Source of the DNA: Candidatus Woesearchaeota archaeon
GTDB lineage: Archaea > Nanobdellota > Nanobdellia > SCGC-AAA011-G17 > ARS1403
NCBI GenBank assembly: GCA_016188065.1
Contig: JACPIN010000020.1
Location: 764 to 64,763 of the forward strand
Direction: 5' to 3'
DNA length: 64,000 bases
Below are positions 9,569 through 18,974 of the stretch, in pieces; position 1 is the stretch's first letter, and every line of letters begins with the position of its first letter. Both the position numbers and the translations under genes were made by a program. The notes beneath the pieces were generated by a model. The model saw only the letters and a list, made by a program, of their open reading frames with translations, was not told where the DNA came from and searched no databases.

Positions 9569-11125
9569 TTATAGTTTTTTTAGAATACGATTCATCTTCG
9601 TAAAATTTATCCCCGACTTTTCTTGTATAAGTTTAATAACCATAATGTCCTCTCGTTCAAATGCCTTTGTTATTATAAGTAATAAGATGTAGATAGTTAC
9701 CAATGCCAAAAAACCAAATGGTGCGGCAATAATATTTGGAAGCAATAACAGATACTTTCTAAGATAATACACTGATACGGTTGCAATAACTATTGAAGAA
9801 AAAACCTTTATATACTTTGCATTGAAAGGGGTTATACCTAGATAATATTTAACCTCTATCATCAACAAAATAGAGCGGGTTATAAAAGCAGTGGCTGTAG
9901 CAAGTGCTGCACCATTTATTCCATATATTGGAATCAAATAGATATTTAATATTAGATTGATAATCATCATGATCATTGAATTCAGAAATATGGTCTTAGT
10001 CTTCTTGTGGATCATAAGGATATCTTGAGTACTGCTCATGGCATATCCTACAAAATAACCGAGCGATAAAATTATTAATGAAGCCGACGCTTCGACATAT
10101 GCCCTGCCAAACAATATTGAGAGCACTTGGCTAGAAAATAGACAGAAAAAACTCAATAAGATGATGTTTATAGAGAAGATCCATTTAGTTATTATGATAT
10201 AGATGGATTTAAAAACTTCATTTTTAGATTGAGAATATATCTCTGTTAATACTGGAATAAATAAAGTGAGCATTATCAGGGGAACCATAAACATAAGCCC
10301 CGAGGTTGGTAAAGCAGCATTGTATAATCCTGTTTCTTGTGGAGATGTAAAATAACCTAACATTAGTGTATCTGTCCATAGGATCACTGAAAATATCAAT
10401 GTGCTGAAAAGCAACGGCAGGGAGTAAACCAGCAGTTCTTTATTGAGGGATAATGAAACTATCTCTTCGTCCTTTTGTTTTAATACCTTTGAATTTAAGA
10501 AATAAAAAGCAGCTATAAAACTTAGAAAAATTGAAATTATATAAGCGACTGTTAATCCAAATAACCTATAACCTAAAAAGGTAAAGATAAACGAGAGACT
10601 AACTTTTGTTACATTTTCTATTATATGTTTGGAATAGACTTCATATTCAACTTTTTGAAGTGCCCTGACTATTTTAAAAAATATTTCCCTTAGTGAATTA
10701 AATGGAATTATCACAGCAAATAATTTTATAATTATATTTAATTCTTGATCGTGAAAAAGATTTATTGCTAGCCACTTTGAAAAAATAAATACTATTATTG
10801 AAAGGAAAATACTTATTATGGAAACTATCTTCACTGAAAATCCTAGCATACTTTTTATTCTTGCATAATCTTCTTTTCCCTTGTAAAAAGAGACGTACCT
10901 CAACAATCCATCTCCTAAACCTATTAATGAAACAGAGGTTAGTAGACCCAATATTGCTATTCCAATGGATAACAAACCATATTCATAGATTCCTGCTCTT
11001 GCAGCGATTATCCTATAGATATAACCAAATATTTTCGAGAAGATTATTCCAAATGCTATTATTTTTGTCCCTTTTAGGATAGTTTTAAGAGGATTGTTTA
11101 TCTCTGATTCTGACATTAGTTTCAA
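9569..11125 (-). CDS. Wzx-type oligosaccharide flippase (MOP superfamily polysaccharide biosynthesis protein)
   Basis: 518 aa with about 14 predicted TM helices and a hydrophobic composition typical of PST/Wzx proteins. Confidence 0.65.
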   Translation of the reverse strand: MKLMSESEINNPLKTILKGTKIIAFGIIFSKIFGYIYRIIAARAGIYEYGLLSIGIAILGLLTSVSLIGLGDGLLRYVSFYKGKEDYARIKSMLGFSVKIVSIISIFLSIIVFIFSKWLAINLFHDQELNIIIKLFAVIIPFNSLREIFFKIVRALQKVEYEVYSKHIIENVTKVSLSFIFTFLGYRLFGLTVAYIISIFLSFIAAFYFLNSKVLKQKDEEIVSLSLNKELLVYSLPLLFSTLIFSVILWTDTLMLGYFTSPQETGLYNAALPTSGLMFMVPLIMLTLFIPVLTEIYSQSKNEVFKSIYIIITKWIFSINIILLSFFCLFSSQVLSILFGRAYVEASASLIILSLGYFVGYAMSSTQDILMIHKKTKTIFLNSMIMMIINLILNIYLIPIYGINGAALATATAFITRSILLMIEVKYYLGITPFNAKYIKVFSSIVIATVSVYYLRKYLLLLPNIIAAPFGFLALVTIYILLLIITKAFEREDIMVIKLIQEKSGINFTKMNRILKKL

Positions 11126-11196
11126 ACTTGAAATTTAATTTAAAAGCCTTTTTATTTATAGATACCTTAATAAAGTTATTTTGAGTTTTTACTAAA

Positions 11197-12498
11197 ATGA
11201 AAAAAGTGTTTGTTGGGATGAGCGGAGATGTATTTCATCATGGACATATCAATATTATAGAAACTGCTAGAAAGCTAGGAGATGTTACTGTAGGATTAAT
11301 GACCGATGAGGGAATTGTTAGCTATAAACGTCCTCCATTATTAAATTATGATCAGAGAAAAAAAATTATTGAGAACATTAAAGGTGTTAGTAAAGTTATT
11401 CCGCAAGACGGCCTTAATGATTATATTAGAATTATACGACAGCTGAAACCAGATTACGTTGTTCATGGAACTGACTGGAGAGAAGGCATTCAGAAGAGTA
11501 CAAGAGAAAAAGTAATTGAAGTCTTGAAGGAGGTTGGTGGAGAATTAATTGAGCCAGAATATACAAAGGATATCTCTTCTACAGCATTAGTAAATGAATT
11601 GCTTGAGCTTGGAACAACCCCAGATGTTCGATTAAAAAAATTGAGAAGATTAATCAAGTTGAAACCTATTGTCAGACTCCTTGAAGTCCATAATGGATTA
11701 ACCGGAAGAATTGTTGAAAAAACTAGAGTGGATTTAGATGGAGAGATTCGGGAATTCGACGGTATGTGGATAAGCAGCTTGACCGACTCCATTTCTAAAG
11801 GCAAGCCAGACATAGAATACGTTGATTTTACTTCAAGAAACCAGACAATTGACCAGATATGTGATGTTACAACCAAACCTATAATCGTCGATGGAGACAC
11901 TGGAGGAATGGCTGAGCATTTTTCCTATGCTGTTAAAACACTTGAAAGACTCGGTGTATCTGCAGTTATTATCGAGGACAAAATAGGCCTAAAAAGAAAT
12001 TCATTATTTGGAGCGGATGCTAACCAAACACAGGATAGTATAGAAAATTTTTCTAATAAAATCTCTGCAGGAAAAAGATCCCAAGTTACAGAAGAATTTA
12101 TGATCATTGCAAGAATTGAAAGTCTTATTTTAAGAAAGGGAATTGATAATGCATTGGAAAGAGCTTATGCTTATATTCAGGCTGGTGCTGATGGAATTAT
12201 GATACATAGCAAGGAGAAAAGCCCTGATGAAATTGTAACTTTTTGCAAGGCTTACCGACATTTTGATAAAAAAGTTCCTTTAATTGTCGTGCCTACAACC
12301 TACAATCAGATTACAGAGCAAGAATTAATAGACATTGGTGTTAATATTGTAATTTATGCAAATCACTTATTGAGAAGTGCATATCCCCCTATGCTAAAAA
12401 CTGCTGAAACAATTTTAAAAAATGGAAGATCTTTTGAAGCTGAAAAATTATGTTTACCTATAAATGAAATATTAACACTAATACCCGGAGGAAAATAA
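11197..12498 (+). CDS. pepM: bifunctional cytidylyltransferase / phosphoenolpyruvate phosphomutase (Fom1-like CyTase-PepM fusion)
   Basis: N-terminal HxGH nucleotidyltransferase (VFHHGHINIIETARKLGD, TagD/CCT-like). C-terminal PEP-mutase fold with the PepM-diagnostic EDKIGLKRNS (EDK-x5-NS), and LLEVHNGLTGRIVEK. Confidence 0.85.
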   Translation: MKKVFVGMSGDVFHHGHINIIETARKLGDVTVGLMTDEGIVSYKRPPLLNYDQRKKIIENIKGVSKVIPQDGLNDYIRIIRQLKPDYVVHGTDWREGIQKSTREKVIEVLKEVGGELIEPEYTKDISSTALVNELLELGTTPDVRLKKLRRLIKLKPIVRLLEVHNGLTGRIVEKTRVDLDGEIREFDGMWISSLTDSISKGKPDIEYVDFTSRNQTIDQICDVTTKPIIVDGDTGGMAEHFSYAVKTLERLGVSAVIIEDKIGLKRNSLFGADANQTQDSIENFSNKISAGKRSQVTEEFMIIARIESLILRKGIDNALERAYAYIQAGADGIMIHSKEKSPDEIVTFCKAYRHFDKKVPLIVVPTTYNQITEQELIDIGVNIVIYANHLLRSAYPPMLKTAETILKNGRSFEAEKLCLPINEILTLIPGGK

Positions 12499-12499
12499 C

Positions 12500-13372
12500 G
12501 TGGCTAGATTTTTGAATGAAATAGTTGATGATGAAAAATTAGCTTGGACAAGAGAAACATTTTCTTTAAACTCTGATGGAATCTATAATTTATTTAAACC
12601 TGGAATTTCTGGGTTACCTGAAAATGTTAAAAAATTCCGTGAAAACGTCTTAGAAAATGGATATGGCTTTGGGATTATTAAAGGGATGAGTCATTTTAAC
12701 AGAGAGATACAGAGAGAGATATACCTCTCTACTGCTAGACTTTTAGGGAACCCCATTGTGCAGAATATTTCTGGAGAGACGGTGGTTGATGTATTTGATA
12801 AAGGCAAAACTATGGAGACTGGTGGGAGGTATCATGAAACTAGACAAGGTGGAGCATTGCATACAGATAGCCCGCAATATAAAGATATTCCAGATTATTT
12901 AGGATTGTTATGTTTGCATCCTGCAAAAGCAGGGGGGGAGAGCAAATTTATCAGCGCGTATAGTTTACATAATCGGCTTTTGAAGGAAAACTCTGAACTT
13001 CTTAAGAGGTTATATCAGCCATTTCATTTCGATAAAAGAGGACATGAAAAACTTGGAGAAAGCCCGACAACATTTGAGCCAGTATTTAGATATGATAGTA
13101 AGGGATTACATTTTAGATATCTAGGAAATTACATCCGATCAGGACATGAAAGAATTTCAGTTCCCCTTTCTGATATTGAAAGAAAGGCACTTGAAGCTGT
13201 TGATAGGTTATTAGAGGATGAAAACCTTATTGTTACTGCAGAGATGGGATCTGGAGATATGCAGTTTTTGAATAACCATCGAGTTGTCCATGGAAGAACC
13301 GACTTTGTAGATTATGAAGATCTTGATAAGAAAAGATTGATGCTAAGAACTTGGTTACGAAAATATGTCTAA
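12500..13372 (+). CDS. TauD/TfdA-family Fe(II)/2-oxoglutarate dioxygenase (paralog 1)
   Basis: HTDSP (HxD) plus distal NHRVVHGRT (second His and Arg). Paralogous to 14537..15544. GTG start per ORF track. Confidence 0.65.
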   Translation: MARFLNEIVDDEKLAWTRETFSLNSDGIYNLFKPGISGLPENVKKFRENVLENGYGFGIIKGMSHFNREIQREIYLSTARLLGNPIVQNISGETVVDVFDKGKTMETGGRYHETRQGGALHTDSPQYKDIPDYLGLLCLHPAKAGGESKFISAYSLHNRLLKENSELLKRLYQPFHFDKRGHEKLGESPTTFEPVFRYDSKGLHFRYLGNYIRSGHERISVPLSDIERKALEAVDRLLEDENLIVTAEMGSGDMQFLNNHRVVHGRTDFVDYEDLDKKRLMLRTWLRKYV

Positions 13373-14120
13373 AGAAATTGTTGGTTTTATTCTCGCAGCA
13401 GGATGCAGCAAAAGGCTTAAAGAATTAACAATAGATAAGCCAAAATCTTTTTTAGAGATCAATAAAAAAAGACTTATTGATTATCATTTGGATTATTTAG
13501 CTGAATTCGGGATTAAAGAAGCGTGCCTAGTAGTTGGCTTCTTAAAAGATTTATTTAAAGAGAATATAGGCCATGATCATAAAGGCGTTAAAATTAATTA
13601 CATTGAAAATGATTTGTACGAGACAACCGGACATAGTTATAGCGTCCTCTTAGGAAAAGAATTATTTCTAGAGAAAGACATCCTACTTATTCATGCAGAT
13701 GTCTTCTATGACCGTTCAATTCTTGAAATGTTGATTAAAGAAAGTTTGGATAATGTAGTGCTTGTTGACGATCATTATAAAGTTCTAACTGGAGATGAAT
13801 TTGTTGTTACTGGAATGGATAATCTTGTTTCTGGAATAGGTCCTAATAAAACAGCGAATATTCAAGGAGAGTTTCTTGGATTGAGCAAACTGAGCTCTAA
13901 TTTTATGACTGAATTTTGCGATTATATGGAAGGCTTTTTTAGTGTTAGAGGAAATAAATTCAATTATGAAATAGTGATGGATGAATTCTTAGGAACAAGT
14001 TCTTCTCCACTTTATTATAAAAAAATTGGCAGAAGCAGATGGATTAATCTTAATTACAAAGAGGATTATGAGGAAGCCAAAAGAATTGCTGTAGAAAATT
14101 ATTCTTTTTTTAAAAAATAA
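13365..14120 (+). CDS. LicC/GlmU-like nucleotidyltransferase (sugar- or alcohol-phosphate cytidylyltransferase family)
   Basis: N-terminal GFILAAGCSKRL (GxGxR loop) and Rossmann-like NTP-transferase layout. 251 aa. Confidence 0.7.
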   Translation: MSKEIVGFILAAGCSKRLKELTIDKPKSFLEINKKRLIDYHLDYLAEFGIKEACLVVGFLKDLFKENIGHDHKGVKINYIENDLYETTGHSYSVLLGKELFLEKDILLIHADVFYDRSILEMLIKESLDNVVLVDDHYKVLTGDEFVVTGMDNLVSGIGPNKTANIQGEFLGLSKLSSNFMTEFCDYMEGFFSVRGNKFNYEIVMDEFLGTSSSPLYYKKIGRSRWINLNYKEDYEEAKRIAVENYSFFKK

Positions 14121-14488
14121 TCACATTCCATGCAACTGGATTTAATACATTGCTCTTTCATATTAAAACCATTGTTCCTTCCCCATTCTTTAATTTGAAG
14201 TAGAATATTTACTAACTCTTGTCCTTTATCTGTAAACCGATAATAGATTTTTCCTGAATTAATTCTTTGAATTATGCTAAATTTAATAAGTTCTTTTATA
14301 GTTAAAGATAGCAAAGAAGAGTTTATAATTTTGTCTGTTCTTTTTTTAAGCTGATTAAAAGTAAGGTTGTTATTTTTAAATTCCAATAATATGGGGATAG
14401 TCCATCTTCTACCTAGGAAATATTCAAGCTCTAGCATTTGACAATGAATATTTTCTTTTAACATAGATACAAAAATTTGTACTTTCAA
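14099..14488 (-). CDS. HxlR-type winged-helix transcriptional regulator
   Basis: GRRWTIPILLEF matches the HxlR core (GxxWTLLIL). Small and Cys-rich at the C-terminus. Confidence 0.65.
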   Translation of the reverse strand: MKVQIFVSMLKENIHCQMLELEYFLGRRWTIPILLEFKNNNLTFNQLKKRTDKIINSSLLSLTIKELIKFSIIQRINSGKIYYRFTDKGQELVNILLQIKEWGRNNGFNMKEQCIKSSCMECDYFLKKE

Positions 14489-14536
14489 TTTAAATTACTT
14501 GTGGTTTTTGATATTAAAAATTAAGGAGGCTTAAAA

Positions 14537-15544
14537 ATGCAAAATATCCCTCAAAGTTTTCCAACTGAAAAAGTTGAGAATAAACGATCCTGGAATAGAA
14601 ATAGTGACTTCAGTCATATAGTGCATGTTTTTTCAAAAGAAACTCAAGATGAAATAAGAGACTATTTAGATATGAGCGTTACAAAAAAAGTTTTAGGCAG
14701 AGAAGAGATTGAATCTGTTGACTATAACCCTAATGAATTATCTAATCTTGTTTCGGAAATAGAATCTGTAAGACCCCAAGTAGATACTGGAACGGGATTC
14801 GTTGTTTTCCCAGATTGGGAAGGCTTGACAATTCATCAAAGCCGAGTTGCATCTTGGTTAGTGGATAACACCTTTGGTAAATGTAAAGAGCAGGATGATA
14901 GGGGGAGTCGTTTGATAGAGATATATAATCAATCAGATACTCTAAGTATGAAAACTGGTGCTAGATACCATGTAACTAGAGAAGGAAATTCTCCACATAC
15001 AGATGGTCCACAGATCATTGATGACCCGGATTATTTGTGTCTACGCTGTGTTAATGATGCTTGGGTAGGCGGAGAAAATATTTTGGTAACCGGAGAATCT
15101 ATATATAATAATCTTCTTGAAAACGCTTCCGATTTAATTGGAGTATTATCTGATAATTTTTACTTCCATTGTAGGGGTGTTAAAAATGCTGAAGGAAGAG
15201 AATATTTTCAAGCACCCATCTTGTCTATGGATAAAGAAGGAATAAGATTACGTTTTTTAGATCATTACATTAGAGAAGGGCATAAATTTGCTAGAACGCC
15301 TTTGACGTATAAACAGGAAAAGGCTATACAGTATATAAATAGTTTATTTGAACAGTCTGATTTACAATTTAGAGCCAGATTAGAGCCTGGACAACAAGTA
15401 GTATTTGCAAATAAAAGGATGTTGCATGCAAGAACGGAATTTGTGGACTTAAACCCTGCAAATGAACACTATGATCCTAGTCAACTAGACAACATAAAAA
15501 CTGCAAATAGATTGATGGATAGAACCTGGACCTATAAAAGATGA
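14537..15544 (+). CDS. TauD/TfdA-family Fe(II)/2-oxoglutarate dioxygenase (paralog 2)
   Basis: ARYHVTREGNSPHTDGPQIIDDPDYLCL aligns with GRYHETRQGGALHTDSPQYKDIPDYLGL of paralog 1. Distal HART motif. A GGAGG ribosome-binding site lies 7 nt upstream. Confidence 0.65.
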   Translation: MQNIPQSFPTEKVENKRSWNRNSDFSHIVHVFSKETQDEIRDYLDMSVTKKVLGREEIESVDYNPNELSNLVSEIESVRPQVDTGTGFVVFPDWEGLTIHQSRVASWLVDNTFGKCKEQDDRGSRLIEIYNQSDTLSMKTGARYHVTREGNSPHTDGPQIIDDPDYLCLRCVNDAWVGGENILVTGESIYNNLLENASDLIGVLSDNFYFHCRGVKNAEGREYFQAPILSMDKEGIRLRFLDHYIREGHKFARTPLTYKQEKAIQYINSLFEQSDLQFRARLEPGQQVVFANKRMLHARTEFVDLNPANEHYDPSQLDNIKTANRLMDRTWTYKR

Positions 15545-15587
15545 ATCTTCCATTAGGCTTTTAATCTTTTTTGTTCTTTATTTTTAT

Positions 15588-16715
15588 ATGATTTCATGCG
15601 AAAAACTATTCAATGTATTTAAGAAACAGGGACTAGAATTTTTTACAGGTGTTCCAGACTCTTTCTTAAAAGATTTTTGCTCTTATATTAATGATCATGC
15701 TAAATCTGAAAACCATATCATTACTGCAAATGAAGGTGGAGCAATTGCATTAGTTACTGGTTATCATCTTGCAACTGGAAACATTGGAGTTGCATATATG
15801 CAGAATTCTGGAGAGGGAAACGCGGTTAATCCTTTAGTCTCACTTGCTGATCCTGAAGTTTATAGCATCCCCATGTTACTATTAATTGGATGGAGGGGAG
15901 AACCAGGGATAAAAGATGAGCCGCAACATGTTAAACAGGGAAAGATTACCATTGATTTGTTGAATGTTCTTGGCATACAGTATGAAATACTTCCGGATTC
16001 TATCAATGATGCTGAGAAATCAGTAGAAAATATAGTTAATAAGATAAAGGAAAAAAATACACCATGTGCACTTGTTATTCGTAAAGATTTATTTGAGCCA
16101 TATGGGTCCAAAAATAAAATAAAATCCCTTTATATTTTATCGAGAGAAAAGGCGATTCAAATCATTGTAGATAATTTGAATCTTGGCGATGTCGTCGTTT
16201 CTACTACTGGTAAGATTTCTAGAGAATTGTTTGAATATAGAGAGAAAATAAAGCAAGGCCATAATCGAGATTTTTTAATTGTTGGATCTATGGGACATTG
16301 TTCGCAGATTGCCTTGGGAATTGCATTATCTAAACCAAATAGACAGATATACTGTTTAGATGGAGATGGAGCAGCCATAATGCACATGGGATCTTTAGCA
16401 ATTATAGGCTCTAAAAACATTAAAAATTTCAAACATATTATTTTAAACAATGGTGCACATGAATCTGTAGGTGGACAGCCAACCGCAGGATTCAATATTG
16501 ACTTCTGCTCTATTGCTAAAGCTTGCGGATATAAAACTGTGTTGAAAGCTGTAGATGAAAATGAGATTAAAAATAGAACTGTGTCTTTAAAATCCTGTAG
16601 CGGACCTGCACTTTTAGAGATTAGAATTAATGCTTTTTCTAGGAAAGAATTGAGCAGGCCAACGGATTCCCCTTTAGAAAATAAAAAGAAGTTTATGAAG
16701 TTTTTACAAGAATGA
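15588..16715 (+). CDS. ppd: phosphonopyruvate decarboxylase (TPP-dependent)
   Basis: N-terminal FFTGVPDSFLKDFC and LLLIGWRGEPGIKDEPQHVKQG are characteristic of Ppd/sulfopyruvate decarboxylase. TPP motif GDGAAIMH...NNGAHESVGGQ. Adjacent to pepM. Confidence 0.85.
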   Translation: MISCEKLFNVFKKQGLEFFTGVPDSFLKDFCSYINDHAKSENHIITANEGGAIALVTGYHLATGNIGVAYMQNSGEGNAVNPLVSLADPEVYSIPMLLLIGWRGEPGIKDEPQHVKQGKITIDLLNVLGIQYEILPDSINDAEKSVENIVNKIKEKNTPCALVIRKDLFEPYGSKNKIKSLYILSREKAIQIIVDNLNLGDVVVSTTGKISRELFEYREKIKQGHNRDFLIVGSMGHCSQIALGIALSKPNRQIYCLDGDGAAIMHMGSLAIIGSKNIKNFKHIILNNGAHESVGGQPTAGFNIDFCSIAKACGYKTVLKAVDENEIKNRTVSLKSCSGPALLEIRINAFSRKELSRPTDSPLENKKKFMKFLQE

Positions 16716-17809
16716 AACAGAAAGAATTCTTCGGATATGGAAGCATTAACAAAATTGCAGGAATTGCCTCTGAATTAGACACTAAAAGAATATTTCTAGT
16801 TACTGGCAGAGATTCTTATGAACATAGTGGTGTTAAAAATTGTTTAGATATGTTGCTCCATCATTATGAAATTAACAGGTTTAATCAATTTTCTTCAAAT
16901 CCTAGACTGGTTGATATAATGAGAGGTTTTGAGCTATTTAAGAAGGAAGATTATGAACTAATTATTGCAGTTGGAGGGGGAAGTGTAATAGATGTTGCCA
17001 AAGCAATTAAGCTGTTTAACTTCAATAAATGTTCTTCAAAAACACCATTAGTTGCAGTACCAACCACCTCTGGAACCGGAAGCGAGGCTACCTATTATAT
17101 TGTCTATTATATTGGCAAAGAAAAACAATCAGAAGGCTTGCCAGAGATAACCTTGCCTGATTACTCCATTTGCGATCCTACTTTTACAATGAATATCCCA
17201 AAAAAAATTGCTGCAGCGACTGGAATGGATGCTTTAGGGCAAGCAATAGAATCTTACTGGAATATTAATTCCACAAAAGAGTCTAAAGAATTTGCAAAGC
17301 AGTCTATTTCTCTTTTAATAGATAATTTGGAAAAATCGGTAGGAAATCCGGATCCAGAATTAAAAGAAAAAGTTATGAGAGCTGCTAATCTTTCTGGAAA
17401 AGCAATAAATATCACAAAGACTACCGCATGCCATTCTATTTCATATCCAATTACTTCTTACTTTCATATCCATCATGGACATGCAGTTGGACTAACATTG
17501 GGAGAAATGCTTGTATACAACTATTATTCTAAGCAGGAATGTGTTGATCAAAGAGGCGAGGATTATCTTAAATCAGCTTTAGAAGAGATTACTGCTTTAA
17601 TCGGCGGAAAAGATGTTATTGAAGCAAGAGATATTCTATATGATCTGATGAAGAATATTGGGCTTGAAACTAAACTGATTGATCTTGGGATAAATAAAGA
17701 GGGAATAGAAGTTATTATAAAACGGGGATTTAATCCTGAAAGGGTAAAGAATAACCCTAGACATCTTGATGAAGATAATCTAAGAGAAATTTTAGAAAGC
17801 ATTTATTAG
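16712..17809 (+). CDS. group III iron-containing alcohol dehydrogenase, probable phosphonoacetaldehyde reductase
   Basis: GGGSVIDVAKAI NAD(P)-binding motif and HIHHGHAVG metal-binding site. ATGA-coupled to ppd, as in characterised HEP-forming pathways. Confidence 0.75.
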   Translation: MKQKEFFGYGSINKIAGIASELDTKRIFLVTGRDSYEHSGVKNCLDMLLHHYEINRFNQFSSNPRLVDIMRGFELFKKEDYELIIAVGGGSVIDVAKAIKLFNFNKCSSKTPLVAVPTTSGTGSEATYYIVYYIGKEKQSEGLPEITLPDYSICDPTFTMNIPKKIAAATGMDALGQAIESYWNINSTKESKEFAKQSISLLIDNLEKSVGNPDPELKEKVMRAANLSGKAINITKTTACHSISYPITSYFHIHHGHAVGLTLGEMLVYNYYSKQECVDQRGEDYLKSALEEITALIGGKDVIEARDILYDLMKNIGLETKLIDLGINKEGIEVIIKRGFNPERVKNNPRHLDEDNLREILESIY

Positions 17810-17852
17810 TATTTTAGATATATTTTTAAAACTTGTATTCAGATTTTTAAAT

Positions 17853-18974
17853 ATGAGGGTTTCAATTATAGGTCCTGCTTATCCGTACAGAGGGGGAATA
17901 TCCCAGTTTAATAGTTTGTTGTCAAAGGAACTTTTATCTGAGGGTTATGAGGTAGATTTGATTTCTTTCAAGAGAATGTTTCCTAATTTTTTATATCCAG
18001 GAAAATTTCAAAAAGATTTTGATAGCAAGATAAGAAGTAATGCTGATAGTCTAATTGATAGTTTAAATCCATTAACCTGGTTTAAGGTTTTTTGGAGGAT
18101 AAAAAGGTATAATCCAGAACTACTTATAATAAATTGGTGGAGCCCTTTTTTTTCAATTGCCTTTTCATCTATAGCTTTTTTTGTCAGAAGATTTACAAAA
18201 ATAAGGATAGTTACTATATGTCATAATGTATTTCCGCATGAAAGAATTTTATTTGATGAGATTTTAACTAAGATTTATTTCAAAAAATCACATGTTTTTA
18301 TAACCCACTCCTCCGAGGAGAAAAAAAGGGTGGAATCCTTAATAATGAATCCCATTGTAAATGTGACTCCCCTCCCAACTTATAATGCTTTTAATATAAA
18401 AAATATAGGGAAAAATGAGGCTAAGAAAAAAATCGGACTAAAAGATAAAAGGATTATTTTATTTTTTGGATTGATAAGGCCTAGCAAAGGTCTGATTTAT
18501 TTAATTCGTGCAATGCCAGAAGTCTTAAGAAAGTTTGATGTAAAACTTCTTGTCGTTGGAGAATTTTTCGGAGATTCTGAAAATAAATACCTTGAGGAAA
18601 TAAAATCATTGGGCTTGGAGAATAATATCAAGATGATAAATAAGTATGTTCCTGATGAAGATGTTGGGATGTACTATTCTGCCTGTGATGTTGCAATTAT
18701 GCCTTATGTCTCTGGTACAAGCAGTGCTGTTCTGCAAACTACTTTTGGATTGATGAAGCCGGTAATCTGCACCAATGTCGGTTTTTCTGATGACATAGAA
18801 GATAATAAGACTGGTTTTATCGTAAAAAAAGAGAGTCCTGAAGCCCTAGCAGGGGCAATTATTAAATTCTATTTGGAAAATAAAGAAAAAAAGTTTGTTA
18901 AAAACATTAAGAAAAGCCAGGATAAATTCTCTTGGAAGAATTATATTGGAGTGTTAGAAAAATGTGTGTCTTAG
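17853..18974 (+). CDS. GT-B fold glycosyltransferase (GT4-like)
   Basis: N-terminal MRVSIIGPAYPYRGGISQF and C-terminal donor-binding domain typical of GT4. Confidence 0.65.
   Translation: MRVSIIGPAYPYRGGISQFNSLLSKELLSEGYEVDLISFKRMFPNFLYPGKFQKDFDSKIRSNADSLIDSLNPLTWFKVFWRIKRYNPELLIINWWSPFFSIAFSSIAFFVRRFTKIRIVTICHNVFPHERILFDEILTKIYFKKSHVFITHSSEEKKRVESLIMNPIVNVTPLPTYNAFNIKNIGKNEAKKKIGLKDKRIILFFGLIRPSKGLIYLIRAMPEVLRKFDVKLLVVGEFFGDSENKYLEEIKSLGLENNIKMINKYVPDEDVGMYYSACDVAIMPYVSGTSSAVLQTTFGLMKPVICTNVGFSDDIEDNKTGFIVKKESPEALAGAIIKFYLENKEKKFVKNIKKSQDKFSWKNYIGVLEKCVS

Noticed and set aside
15588-16715. Alternative call of ORF 15588-16715 as sulfopyruvate decarboxylase (ComDE) for coenzyme M
   Set aside because: The single fused polypeptide lies next to a PepM-encoding gene and an Fe-ADH. 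No other coenzyme M genes are present. This context favours phosphonopyruvate decarboxylase, though the two families cannot be separated without phylogeny.
11197-17809. Interpreting the phosphonate cluster as a fosfomycin pathway
   Set aside because: The Fom1-like fusion, Ppd, Fe-ADH and nearby B12-rSAMs fit the early steps. No cupin-type HppE epoxidase or FomD-like CMP hydrolase is recognisable. The TauD-type oxygenases point to different tailoring. The glycan context argues for a cell-surface substituent rather than an antibiotic.
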